From Hydrurus foetidus (Eukaryota), in the NCBI GenBank assembly GCA_900617105.1, contig UYFQ01000001.1:4154001-4218000 (forward strand): a DNA stretch of 64,000 nucleotides, given 5' to 3'. The position numbers were made by a program, and so were the translations under genes. Positions 30,843 to 40,600 of the stretch are shown piece by piece; the first letter of the stretch is position 1; the number at the start of each line of letters is the position of its first letter. The notes beneath the pieces are model-generated. The model did not search any database. It had not been told where the DNA came from and worked only from the letters and a program-made list of their open reading frames with translations.

Positions 30843-31274
30843 CTATACGGAAGATAAGCGGTTAAGAATGTGGCTCGGAATTCGGGCAGGCTTCAAGTCT
30901 GCATCAACCCAGCCAATACGAACGGCACCTTCACATACCAACGTCGGTAGCTGCTCAGTCTGCTCTGTTTTCAGTAGCGCCTGCTGCTCAATTATCAGGC
31001 TTGCACGGCCTATTTCTTTGACGCTGGCAGTAACAATCAGTTCATCATCAAGCCGGGCAGGGCGCAGGTAGCGCACGGTCGATTCAGCCACCACAAACAT
31101 GCCGCCCGTCACCTTTTTTAAGTCAGATTGCTCAATACCCATGCTTCTGAGCCATTCGGTGCGAGCACGTTCAAAAAATTTAAGGTAATTGGCGTAAAAA
31201 ACAATGCCGCCTGCATCGGTATCTTCCCAATACACGCGTAGGGGAAAACTGAAAACTGATCTACCGAATGGCAT
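30843..31274 (-). CDS. ybgC: Tol-pal-associated acyl-CoA thioesterase
   Basis: RVYWEDTDAGGIVFYANYLKFFERARTE. Confidence 0.95.
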   Translation of the reverse strand: MPFGRSVFSFPLRVYWEDTDAGGIVFYANYLKFFERARTEWLRSMGIEQSDLKKVTGGMFVVAESTVRYLRPARLDDELIVTASVKEIGRASLIIEQQALLKTEQTEQLPTLVCEGAVRIGWVDADLKPARIPSHILNRLSSV

Positions 31275-32457
31275 GCTCAAGCCGCGCAATGGCTTCTTGC
31301 AGTTGGGGCATAGCGCTGGCCGTTGAAAAGCGCAAATATTGCTCAGGCGCTGCAGTGCCAAAATCGCGGCCTGGCGTGACTGCTAAATGCGAGCGCTTCA
31401 TCAGCTCAAAAGCTACCTCCCAGCTACCGTTGACACCCCATTTTTTTGCCAGCTTTGAACAATCAGCGTAGGCGTAAAAAGCGCCGTCTGGCATGACGGG
31501 TACGGTTAACCCCAGGCGGTTCAGTTCGGGAATAAAGTAGTCGCGGCGGGCTTTGAATTCAATGCGGCGGCGTTCGTATTCAGCCAGGCTTTCAGGCTCA
31601 AAGCAGGCCAGCGCGGCGTGCTGGGCAATGGTGCTGGGGCAAATAAAAAGGTTTTGTGCCAGCCGCTCAATGACGGGTACCAGCGCCTCTGGCACCACCA
31701 ACCAGCCCAATCGCCAGCCCGTCATGTTGAAGTACTTGCTAAAGCTGTTGACGCTGATGATGTTGTTACCTAGGTCACCCGGCATGGCAAGCGCAGTTCG
31801 TGCAAATTGCGCGTCGTAACTCAGGCCCAGGTAAATCTCATCAATCATTGTGACTCCGCCGCGTGCATCTACAAACTCGGCAATTTTCTGCAGATCTGCA
31901 GCTGCAATCGATGTGCCGGTGGGGTTAGACGGTGAAGCCAGCAGCACGCCACGTGTTTGCGGCCGCCACGCTGCTTGCACTCTGGCCTGCGTGAGTTGAA
32001 AACGCTCGTCTGCCGTAGTTGGTATTAGCACCGCCTTGCCGTCCGCTGCGCTCACAAAGTGGCGATTGCAAGGGTAACTGGGGTCAGGCATCAAAATTTC
32101 GTCGCCCGCCTCAATCAGTGCCAGGCAGGCCAGCTGCAGCGCGGCAGACGCGCCAGCCGTTAAAACGATTCGGCTGGGCGCAACCTGCACATTGAACCGC
32201 GATGCGTACCAAGCGCTGATTTTTTCGCGCAGTGCGGGCAGGCCCGTGGCTTGGGTGTATTGCGTGTGCCCATTCGCAATGGCATTGGCTGCTGCCGCTT
32301 GCACTAAAGGCGGTGCGGTGAAGTCAGGCTCGCCGATGTTTAAAAAAATCATCGGCCTTGGCGTGTGTGCGACTTTGCGTGCTAACTCAGATGCAGCCTT
32401 GGCCACTTCCAGCACGTAAAACGGCGCTATGCGTTCGGCGCGCTTGGAAATTCGCAT
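31261..32457 (-). CDS. PLP-dependent aminotransferase class I/II
   Basis: IGEPDF, SPSNPTG, DEIY, NSFSKYFNMTGWRLGW. Confidence 0.93.
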   Translation of the reverse strand: MRISKRAERIAPFYVLEVAKAASELARKVAHTPRPMIFLNIGEPDFTAPPLVQAAAANAIANGHTQYTQATGLPALREKISAWYASRFNVQVAPSRIVLTAGASAALQLACLALIEAGDEILMPDPSYPCNRHFVSAADGKAVLIPTTADERFQLTQARVQAAWRPQTRGVLLASPSNPTGTSIAAADLQKIAEFVDARGGVTMIDEIYLGLSYDAQFARTALAMPGDLGNNIISVNSFSKYFNMTGWRLGWLVVPEALVPVIERLAQNLFICPSTIAQHAALACFEPESLAEYERRRIEFKARRDYFIPELNRLGLTVPVMPDGAFYAYADCSKLAKKWGVNGSWEVAFELMKRSHLAVTPGRDFGTAAPEQYLRFSTASAMPQLQEAIARLEHAIR

Positions 32458-32474
32458 GGTGGTAGCTTAGGGGT

Positions 32475-33014
32475 TCAGGTAGCGGTCTTGGGGCTGGGCA
32501 CACGCTGGTTGTCGTTAGCCACCTCTAGAGCCCGCAGTTGCGGCGCCAGTTTGTTCAGTACGCCGTTCACGTACTTGTGCCCGTCGGTTCCGCCAAAGGC
32601 TTTGGCGAGTTCGATGCACTCGTTCATGACCACCCTCCAAGGCACGTCAAGGCAGTTTTTAAATTCGTACGCGCCTATCCACAGCACACCGTGCTCAACA
32701 GGCGAAATTTCAGCCATCGGCCGGTCAAGCAAGGGCGTAATGGCCGCGTCTAGCGCAGCCGCCTGCGCGATGCAGCCATGCAGCAGTGCGTCGTAGTGCG
32801 CTGAATCGGCTTTGTGAAAGCCGACCAGGTCACGTGTGAATGCATCAATCGATTCCGCCGAATTGCCGCCTACAAAATGCTGATAAAGCGCCTGCATGGC
32901 GAACTCGCGTGAGCGGGTGCGAGCAGATTTGTCGGCTGCTTTTTTCACGCCGGTATCGGTTAAACCGGTGCGGGTTTGGGGCGGGCGTTTGGGTTTTAGA
33001 GGGGTGTCGGCCAT
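32475..33014 (-). CDS. nusB: Transcription antitermination factor NusB
   Basis: [32 protein letters not shown]. Confidence 0.95.
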   Translation of the reverse strand: MADTPLKPKRPPQTRTGLTDTGVKKAADKSARTRSREFAMQALYQHFVGGNSAESIDAFTRDLVGFHKADSAHYDALLHGCIAQAAALDAAITPLLDRPMAEISPVEHGVLWIGAYEFKNCLDVPWRVVMNECIELAKAFGGTDGHKYVNGVLNKLAPQLRALEVANDNQRVPSPKTAT

Positions 33015-33037
33015 GGGTTCTTTGGTTGATTGGCCGG

Positions 33038-33502
33038 CTAGCTTAGCTCGGCCAGCAGGTTGGCCATTTCAACGGCGACTCGCGCCGCCTCAATGCCGTT
33101 GGCAGTTTGTCTGGCTTGGGCTTGCGCCATGTTTTCAGTGGTCAAAATGGCGTTGGCAATTGGCAACTGGTAGTCCAGCGCCAAGCGGGTAACAGCACCG
33201 CCGCTTTCATTGGCGACCAATTCAAAGTGATAGGTTTCGCCGCGAATAATGCAGCCCAAAGCAATCAATGCATCAAACTTGCCGGTTTCGGCCATGGCTT
33301 GCAAAGCGCTGCCAATTTCAAGCGCGCCAGGCACTTTGACATGGGTGATGCGTTTGGCGTCGACATGCAGCGCGGCCAGCTCGCGCAAGCAGGCGTCGGC
33401 CAGTGCGTTGGTTACTGCTTCATTGAAGCGCGCCTGCACGACGCCAATGGTTAATTTTTTGCCGTCCAGCTTGTCGCTTAGGCCTTTTTCTGCACCAAAC
33501 AT
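33038..33502 (-). CDS. ribH: 6,7-dimethyl-8-ribityllumazine synthase
   Basis: [25 protein letters not shown]. Confidence 0.96.
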   Translation of the reverse strand: MFGAEKGLSDKLDGKKLTIGVVQARFNEAVTNALADACLRELAALHVDAKRITHVKVPGALEIGSALQAMAETGKFDALIALGCIIRGETYHFELVANESGGAVTRLALDYQLPIANAILTTENMAQAQARQTANGIEAARVAVEMANLLAELS

Positions 33503-33535
33503 ATTGTCTTTCTGCGAAGGTGGGTGAGTGCTGGT

Positions 33536-34648
33536 TTATTTTTCGGTGCGGGCAATGTAGCCCACGGTTTCCAAGCCGTAGCCGACCATGCTGGGCATGC
33601 GCCGAGGCGTTCCCATTAAATTCATTTTGTGTACGCCACAATCACGCAAAATTTGCGCACCTATGCCGTAGGTGCGCAGGTCCATGCGGCCGCGCTCCGG
33701 CGCTTGGCTGGCGCGCGCTGTGCCTTCAAACTGCGCCAGCAGTTGCGCGGCACTCTCGCCGCAATTGAGTAGCACCACCACGCCTTTGCCGGCGTTGGCT
33801 ACGTACTGCAGACTTTGGTCCAGGTTCCATGAATGCATGGATCGGCCGGTCTCTAACGCATCTAAAACCGACAGCGGCTCGTGCACGCGCGCGGCCACCG
33901 TTTCGTCTGCGGCCCATTGCCCTTTGACCAACGCCAAGTGCAAGCCTTGGCTGGGTTTGTCTCTGAAGGCGTGGGCGGTAAATTCACCCGCTGCGGTTTG
34001 CAGGGCGCGGCTGCCGATTTTTTCTACCAGCGATTCGTGTCGGCTGCGGTGTTCGATCAAGTCGGCTATGGTGCCAATCTTCAGGCCGTGTGTAGCAGCA
34101 AACAGCAGCAGGTCAGGCAAGCGGGCCATGGTGCCGTCGTCGTTCATGATTTCGCAAATCACCGATGCGGGAGAGCAGCCGGCCATTGCGGCCAGGTCGC
34201 AACCCGCTTCGGTGTGGCCAGCGCGCATCAGCACGCCGCCATCGACTGCTTGCAGCGGAAAAATATGACCTGGCTGCACCAAGTCTTCTACCTTGGCGTT
34301 GCTTGCCACCGCCGCTTGCACGGTGCGGGCGCGGTCTGCGGCTGAAATGCCGGTAGTCACGCCTTCGGCGGCCTCAATTGACACAGTGAAAGCAGTGGAA
34401 TACTTGCCGCCGTTGCGCGTGGCCATGGGCGGCAGCGCCAAGCGCTCGCAACGCTCGCGGGTAAGGGTCAAGCAAATCAGGCCGCGGCCAAAACGCGCCA
34501 TGAAGTTAATCGCTTCGGGCGTAACGTGGTCAGCCGCCAAAACCAGGTCGCCTTCGTTTTCACGATCTTCTTCATCAATCAAAATCACAATTTTGCCCGC
34601 AGCCATGTCGGCCACGATGTCTGCAACGGGAGAGATTACAACGCTCAT
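33536..34648 (-). CDS. ribB: DHBP synthase fused to a degenerate GTP cyclohydrolase II domain (RibBX-type)
   Basis: DEEDRENEGDL, TTGISAADR, RAGHTEAG; C-domain has RVHEPLS in place of RVHSEC and lacks the Zn cysteines. Confidence 0.92.
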   Translation of the reverse strand: MSVVISPVADIVADMAAGKIVILIDEEDRENEGDLVLAADHVTPEAINFMARFGRGLICLTLTRERCERLALPPMATRNGGKYSTAFTVSIEAAEGVTTGISAADRARTVQAAVASNAKVEDLVQPGHIFPLQAVDGGVLMRAGHTEAGCDLAAMAGCSPASVICEIMNDDGTMARLPDLLLFAATHGLKIGTIADLIEHRSRHESLVEKIGSRALQTAAGEFTAHAFRDKPSQGLHLALVKGQWAADETVAARVHEPLSVLDALETGRSMHSWNLDQSLQYVANAGKGVVVLLNCGESAAQLLAQFEGTARASQAPERGRMDLRTYGIGAQILRDCGVHKMNLMGTPRRMPSMVGYGLETVGYIARTEK

Positions 34649-35304
34649 GACTGACGGCTTTCTGGGGTCGGTAGGGTGATTTGACTGGCTTGCAGCATGC
34701 GCTCTACATAGCGGGCAACGGTGTCGATTTCAAGGTTGACTGTGCTGCCCACTTTTAACATGCCAAGCGCGGTGTTATCGATGGTGTGGCTGATGATGTT
34801 GATGCTGATCTCACAGCCCGTGCGGTCTGGCAGGTCTTCAACATGGTTAACCGTCAGGCTGACGCCGTTAACCGTGATGGAGCCTTTGTAGGCCATGTAT
34901 TTGCTGAGTGCCAGCGGCGCAAAAATACGCAGTGCCCAGCTTTCGCCTACTTCTGAAAAATGAGTAACGCGGCCCACACCATCGACGTGCCCAGACACAA
35001 TGTGCCCGCCCAAGCGGTCGTTGGCGCGCAGCGCTTTTTCAAGGTTGATGCTGCCTTCATGCAGTAAACCACTCGTTTTGTCGAGTGATTCGGCCGACAC
35101 CTCGACCGTAAATTGCTGCTGAGCGGGGTCCAGCGACGTCACCGTCATGCAAGCGCCATTCAGTGCAATGCTGTCGCCAAGGCCCACGTCGTCAAGGTAG
35201 CGCGCCGGTGTTTGTATGGCAAGCCGCTTGCCGTGGTCAGATGAGCTGCCTAAGCTGTGGACGGCGACGATGCGCCCCACGCCGGTGATGATTCCTGTAA
35301 ACAT
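34645..35304 (-). CDS. ribE: Riboflavin synthase alpha chain
   Basis: MFTGII, SIALNGACMT, GGHIVSGHVD. Confidence 0.96.
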   Translation of the reverse strand: MFTGIITGVGRIVAVHSLGSSSDHGKRLAIQTPARYLDDVGLGDSIALNGACMTVTSLDPAQQQFTVEVSAESLDKTSGLLHEGSINLEKALRANDRLGGHIVSGHVDGVGRVTHFSEVGESWALRIFAPLALSKYMAYKGSITVNGVSLTVNHVEDLPDRTGCEISINIISHTIDNTALGMLKVGSTVNLEIDTVARYVERMLQASQITLPTPESRQS

Positions 35305-35383
35305 GCGTGTATTTTCGCAGGGATTGCACCTACTTTGCTGCTGCAGGCGCTTTGGCGTGCGTTTTAGATGCCTGAAATGGCGT

Positions 35384-36532
35384 TTAGAACTGATCGCGCC
35401 CGACCGGCCGTGCCCGCAGGCGCACATCGCCGCCTATCATTTCAGTGCTTAAAAACTGCAGCGGCGCCGCGTCTGCCAGCCTGGCCAGCGGCGGCAACTG
35501 CGCCATGCCCAAGCCAGCGCCTAGCAGCTTGGGCGCGAGGTAAATTAAAAACTCATCGACCAAACCGGCGCTGATCATTGAGCCATTGAGCTTAAAGCCT
35601 GCCTCTACGTGCAGGTCGTTTATCTCACGAGTGCCAAGGTCACGCAGTACTGCACCCAGGTCAACTTTGCCGTCGGTTCCGGGTAAGTAGACAATGGTGA
35701 CGCCAAGTGCCTCAAAAGCCGCTTTTTTAGCGGCGTTTGGCACTGCGGCGTAAATAATACGGGCGCGAGCAGCTATTAAAATAGTAGCGTCTAAAGGGGT
35801 TTCAAGTCGGCTGTCGATGATGACAATTGCGGGTTGCCGAGTCGTCTGTACCAGCCGAACATCGAGGCGCGGATTGTCAGCCAGCACGGTGCCAACCCCC
35901 GTCAAAATAGCGCAGCTCCGTGCCCGCCAAGCGTGCCCATCAGCCCGCGCAGCCTCGCCCGTTATCCACTGACTTTGGCCGTCGCTCAGGGCGGTTTGCC
36001 CGTCAAGAGATGCAGCAATCTTCATGCGCACCCAAGGGGTTTTGCGAATCATGCGGCTGAAAAAGCCGATGTTAAGCTCGCGCGCCTCGGCCGCACCTGG
36101 GCCCACTTCAACCTCAATGCCCGCCGCGCGCAGCTTGGTAATGCCTTGCCCCGCCACGAGCGGGTTGGGGTCTTGAACTGAAACCACCACTTTTTTGATG
36201 CCCGCTGCAATCAGTGCATCACAACACGGCGGCGTGCGGCCATAGTGAAAGCAAGGTTCGAGGCTGACGTAGGCGGTGGCGCCAATAACCGAGTGCCCTC
36301 GTGCCGCCGCATCCCGCAACGCCATGACTTCAGCATGCGGCCCGCCTGCGGGCTGGGTGTGGCCTTGGCCGAGTGTGTTGCCAGAAGTGCCAAGCAGGAT
36401 GCAGGCGACAGTGGGGTTAGGGCTAGTTGTACCTTCGGCTCGGGTGGCCAGTGAGACAAGCTCTGTTGCAACTCGCAATTCCAAGGGATTGATGAGAGCG
36501 TCGATCACTATTCGCTTGAATTGGCTCTGCAC
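35384..36532 (-). CDS. ribD: Riboflavin biosynthesis deaminase/reductase
   Basis: TSPNP, PHAE, LEPC..GRTPPC, ASLDG, VEAG; start position uncertain. Confidence 0.94.
   Translation of the reverse strand: MQSQFKRIVIDALINPLELRVATELVSLATRAEGTTSPNPTVACILLGTSGNTLGQGHTQPAGGPHAEVMALRDAAARGHSVIGATAYVSLEPCFHYGRTPPCCDALIAAGIKKVVVSVQDPNPLVAGQGITKLRAAGIEVEVGPGAAEARELNIGFFSRMIRKTPWVRMKIAASLDGQTALSDGQSQWITGEAARADGHAWRARSCAILTGVGTVLADNPRLDVRLVQTTRQPAIVIIDSRLETPLDATILIAARARIIYAAVPNAAKKAAFEALGVTIVYLPGTDGKVDLGAVLRDLGTREINDLHVEAGFKLNGSMISAGLVDEFLIYLAPKLLGAGLGMAQLPPLARLADAAPLQFLSTEMIGGDVRLRARPVGRDQF
35748..35788 (+). repeat. 41-bp double-dyad repeat copy, in-frame inside ribD
   Basis: gcgt-aaataatac-gggc-gcgagca-GCT-attaaaatagt-AGC; encodes ATILIAARARIIY. 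Confidence 0.85.
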
Positions 36533-37101
36533 TTTGCGTCGTCTGAGCTAAGCGGTTTACATACTCGAACCCTGCCAGTTGAGGAGACGATAACAAAACG
36601 GGTTTGCTGCGGCAAATCGGCGGCTGCAACGTCATTCCTTTGAATAGTCAGTGCTAAAGCCCAAAAGCCGCCTGCCTTGGTTCGCGAGAAGCCCGACGCA
36701 TCAAACATGAGGTAACCGTTGTCCGGAGCGGTCCGGTTATCCACCACAGAAATCCCGGATGGAACGGCCTGCTGTATTGAAACTACGCCCTCTGCCGTAG
36801 CGTTATAGGTTTGTTGACGAGTTGCTGACTTGTCTACAAACGCAGCCCAGCCTACGTCCCAATTTGTTCCATTGTCCAGTGGCACCATAAAAGCCGTCAT
36901 TCCGCGTTTTAATGCCTCCCCCCTAGCAGCATTAATCGACCCTACAACTTTATTCGCTACCGATGTCAACTCGGCGTTCCTGCGATACGCGGTAAAGCTG
37001 GGTACGGCTACCATCATCAAAATGGCCGCTATTGAGACGGTAATCATCAGCTCAATAAGCGTAAAGCCCCTTGAACGAATCTTTGGTGGATGTATTGTCA
37101 T
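36508..37101 (-). CDS. fimT: Type IV minor pilin FimT/FimU
   Basis: RG|FTLIELMIT prepilin site, ARGEALKRG. Confidence 0.88.
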   Translation of the reverse strand: MTIHPPKIRSRGFTLIELMITVSIAAILMMVAVPSFTAYRRNAELTSVANKVVGSINAARGEALKRGMTAFMVPLDNGTNWDVGWAAFVDKSATRQQTYNATAEGVVSIQQAVPSGISVVDNRTAPDNGYLMFDASGFSRTKAGGFWALALTIQRNDVAAADLPQQTRFVIVSSTGRVRVCKPLSSDDAKCRANSSE

Positions 37102-37634
37102 GGCCAGCAAAGCTTGAAGTCGCTCGTTGTGACGCCGATTGCGGCCCCTGCGCTGTCCGTACAGGTTTTAGTGCCCGATGAGGTGAAACTGAGAGTACCG
37201 ACTTTGTTGTCGGCGCCCTTCGGCGTCGCAACAACTTGAACGCATTCTTGAAGAACTAAACCCCCGCTACACGCAACAGCTGAAAGCAAGTATGCCCCGT
37301 TTGCAGAGCTGTCGCCTGAAAAGGCTTTGAACGGCACCGGTGTTGCCACTGTAAACCCACATGCTGTTACGTCCGTACCAGTAGATGCTGTTGCGGTAGC
37401 AGTGATCACACTTCCGCTCGCCGAACTGGAAAATGCCAAATAGCAATTTCTCTGCGTCATAAACCGCTCTTGTTGCTGCATTAGCTCAGCAAGCGCCGTT
37501 CTTGCCTGCGCACGCCTGCCTTTAAGAATTGAGTCGGTGTAAGAAGGGTAGGCAATGGCCGCAAGAATGCCGACCACTGCAACCACGATCATTAACTCAA
37601 TTAACGTAAAACCTGTTTGAAATTTATTTTTCAT
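37098..37634 (-). CDS. pilE: Type IV minor pilin PilE
   Basis: G|FTLIELMIVVAVVGILAAIAYPSY, GRRAQA..QERF. Confidence 0.92.
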   Translation of the reverse strand: MKNKFQTGFTLIELMIVVAVVGILAAIAYPSYTDSILKGRRAQARTALAELMQQQERFMTQRNCYLAFSSSASGSVITATATASTGTDVTACGFTVATPVPFKAFSGDSSANGAYLLSAVACSGGLVLQECVQVVATPKGADNKVGTLSFTSSGTKTCTDSAGAAIGVTTSDFKLCWP

Positions 37635-40600
37635 TTACTTTTCTTCAAGTCTTGGTAGTTATTTATCTGACGCCAGCTCAACCGACCTGATATGAATTCA
37701 ACAGGTGTCATTGGCGCAATCACAGGCCCGCCGCTGGTCACAATGACATTGGTTGGGCGCTCCGTTTTGACCCGCCGCCCGGTCGACGTGCTTATTGTGC
37801 TAGTCGTTGCGCTTTCCGTATCAAACAGCAGCTGTTCACCAAAAATTCCAGTTGTGATTCGCCTAAAAGTACCGTTACCTGAATCTACATTCAATTCGTA
37901 AACATTGCCGCCGCCACCGCTGGCCGCACATGTGCCCGCCGCGCCTGCCGCCAATGGAATCACGCTTCCAAAAATAATCGAGTCACCATTAACGCTGGCC
38001 GATGAAATACTTTTTTCGCCTGGGTACAAATAGTCAAAATACCAACCCGCTCGCGTCTTCGTATTGGTGTCCTTGTCCGGCATGCCCCACACAAAACTCG
38101 GCACTGTAATGCTGAGCGTTGCCGTGTTGACAACGCCAGCCTGCAACCGGCCTCTGCTTGGAATCACCGCGCCCCCAACGCCAGAGGTTTTGCCGTTTTC
38201 AAACAATGCATAAAAAGAATTCTGAGCCAGGGATGTTTTGTCCGAATTTTCCAGGTACTTGCCGGTTGCAAAGGTCACGTAATTTTGCTTTATTTGGTCG
38301 ACCGTACCAGCTGAAACGATGGTTGGCGCCATGGTAATTGGTTGAACCAAGCCGGCACTGGTTTTCGCCGCGTAAAGCGGGTAGGGCTCTGTTGCGCTGG
38401 TTTTGTAGAAAGACAATGTGGTGAAGTTCCACTCTGAAGTGCCATGCTGAGCAAAATCTAAGCGCCACAACTTGCCATGCAAATCGCCCATGTAAATTTG
38501 CGACAACTCACCAACACTTCCCTTCGTAGCTTCGAAATTGATTGCCCCTGTGGCATTGTCAGCACTTAAAGTGGTGTCGACTGGTACTGTAAGTTTGTAG
38601 TAGTTGGGGTCGGAGCCGGAAGAGGTCCAAGCTGTGCCCACTGGCTTGTCGAGGGCGAGTAAAAACAGTGCAGGGTTGCCTGTTGCGCTGAACGTACCAG
38701 CAGAGTTTGGATATGGCAGGTAATTGTTTACCCCGCTTGCCACCACGGCAAACCACCTGTACGTGGCTGGAGTTGTTGTGGGTGCACTTGTTCGCAGTTT
38801 CAGAATACGCGGCCGACCAACGACATAACCCATATCAACGTCGTCTGCTTTAGTAAATTCCCACATGACCTTAGATGCGGTAAAGGCCGTTGGATCAGTA
38901 ACGTCTAACGCAAATACCCCAGGGCCTCCGGCGCCTGTGCCAGATACTAATACCGTTTTCCAGTCGGCAACGGTTCCAGCCGAACCTACCTGCGCTTCTG
39001 CTACCGCTGGTGTCGCATCTACATACGCCTGATGGTTAGCGTTGTAAGAATTTGAGGTTAGTGCAGCCAGTTTTGGACCCATCCAACTTGGAATGTAGCC
39101 AAACAACTCGGCACCATTAGTTGCATTAAAGGCATGCAACATGCCGTCGTTTGCACCTACAAACACAGCTGCTGTTCTGGACTTGTTGTCTTTGTAGAAA
39201 GTGCTGTAAGCAGTTGTATACGGCGTGATGTTGATTGACGGCGTGCCAGAAAAAACGATGCCTGAGTTAACAATATCACCCAGCAGTTTATTGCGAGTTC
39301 TAAACGGCAAGCCCTCTTTGGATTTATCTCCCCGCAAATACTTGAGCCGGTCTTCCCCTAAGCTATCAGCAACAGTGGCAGGCGTTAGTTTATTGAGGTT
39401 AGCTTTCATTGAAGTGTCAAGCGACGCCCACGAAAACGTGCTGGCCGGAGGATTCGGCGTTAATCCCTCTCTGCCAATCACAATCGTTCTCGATGCTGAT
39501 GGCGTCGATGACAGCACCGTAGCTGCGCTCCAGTTTGGGTTCGTGCCCAGAGACACGGTGCTGGTACCCGTGAGTGAAATGGGCAGCGATAACACATCGC
39601 CGCTCCAGTCAGACGTGTCAAAAGCGCCTTGATAAATCGTGCTTCCGGCAGTGGTCAAATTTTTGTTTGACACAGCGCTTTTGGCAATACTTCGCGCTAC
39701 CGTTATCGCACGACTGAAAATGCTGTCAAACGCGTTCAGCGTGCCTCGTGCGCTGCTGGACAAATAGTACGTGCTTGCTTCACCGGGTCTCGCAGGGTCT
39801 TGCCACACGTTGTTATCGTTCGTTCCAGTTTCGTCAGTAGCACCGATCTGTTTTTTGAAAGGGTTACCAAACAGGTTGTACGGTTTACCGCCAGCATTGT
39901 CGCCGTCAGTTTCAAATCCGCCGTACTTTGATGCTGTGAAGAACTGATTTTGCGTCCGCCTGTAGCTCGCCTTACCCGCATTTGTTGGGTCGCTTTCCGT
40001 AAAAGACCTTTCGCCTTCGTTAACGTCAAAAAAGAATGACTTGACACGAAGGCCCGGCCGTTGCTTTGGTATCTCAGCCGTCGCTGTTGTAGCTGTACCG
40101 CGAATGTCATGGGTATGTGCCCAGTACGCCTGCCCCATCATGGAGGGAAGAGAGCCTGCTATGCCGCTCTGGCTGTTGTTGTTGGCTGTATTGAAGTTAG
40201 CGGTGGTGCGCGTTTTCCCTTGACCGTCCAGGTAATCAGTAGATGCGCCTCGCTCGAAATCTTTCACAATTTGGTTCCACCCGCCGTTTGCGTAAGAAAA
40301 ATTAGGCAAATTTTTGGTTAGATCGGCTGGGCGTTTAAGCAACCTGTCACTGTCGTTCGTGTTCGCATCGCCAATCACCACAATATTGCTTTTTGTGCAG
40401 GCGTAGTTGCCGGTATTCGAGCGACCGCCGCCGTAGGGGTCAACCCACGTCGTGGCAACCGGAAAACCGTCGTACATCGCAGACGTAGTCGCGCCCAGGT
40501 TGCTTACAGCTTCCTCAGTTGGCCCCAACCCCTGCAAGTAGCGCAAAGCTTCCCCGTACAACTCGCTCATGGGGTCGTTTCTTTTGTAGCGGCCAGGCAC

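Noticed and set aside
28737..31274. tolB and pal absent after tolA
   Set aside because: A split tol-pal locus is not unusual and the genes may lie outside the window
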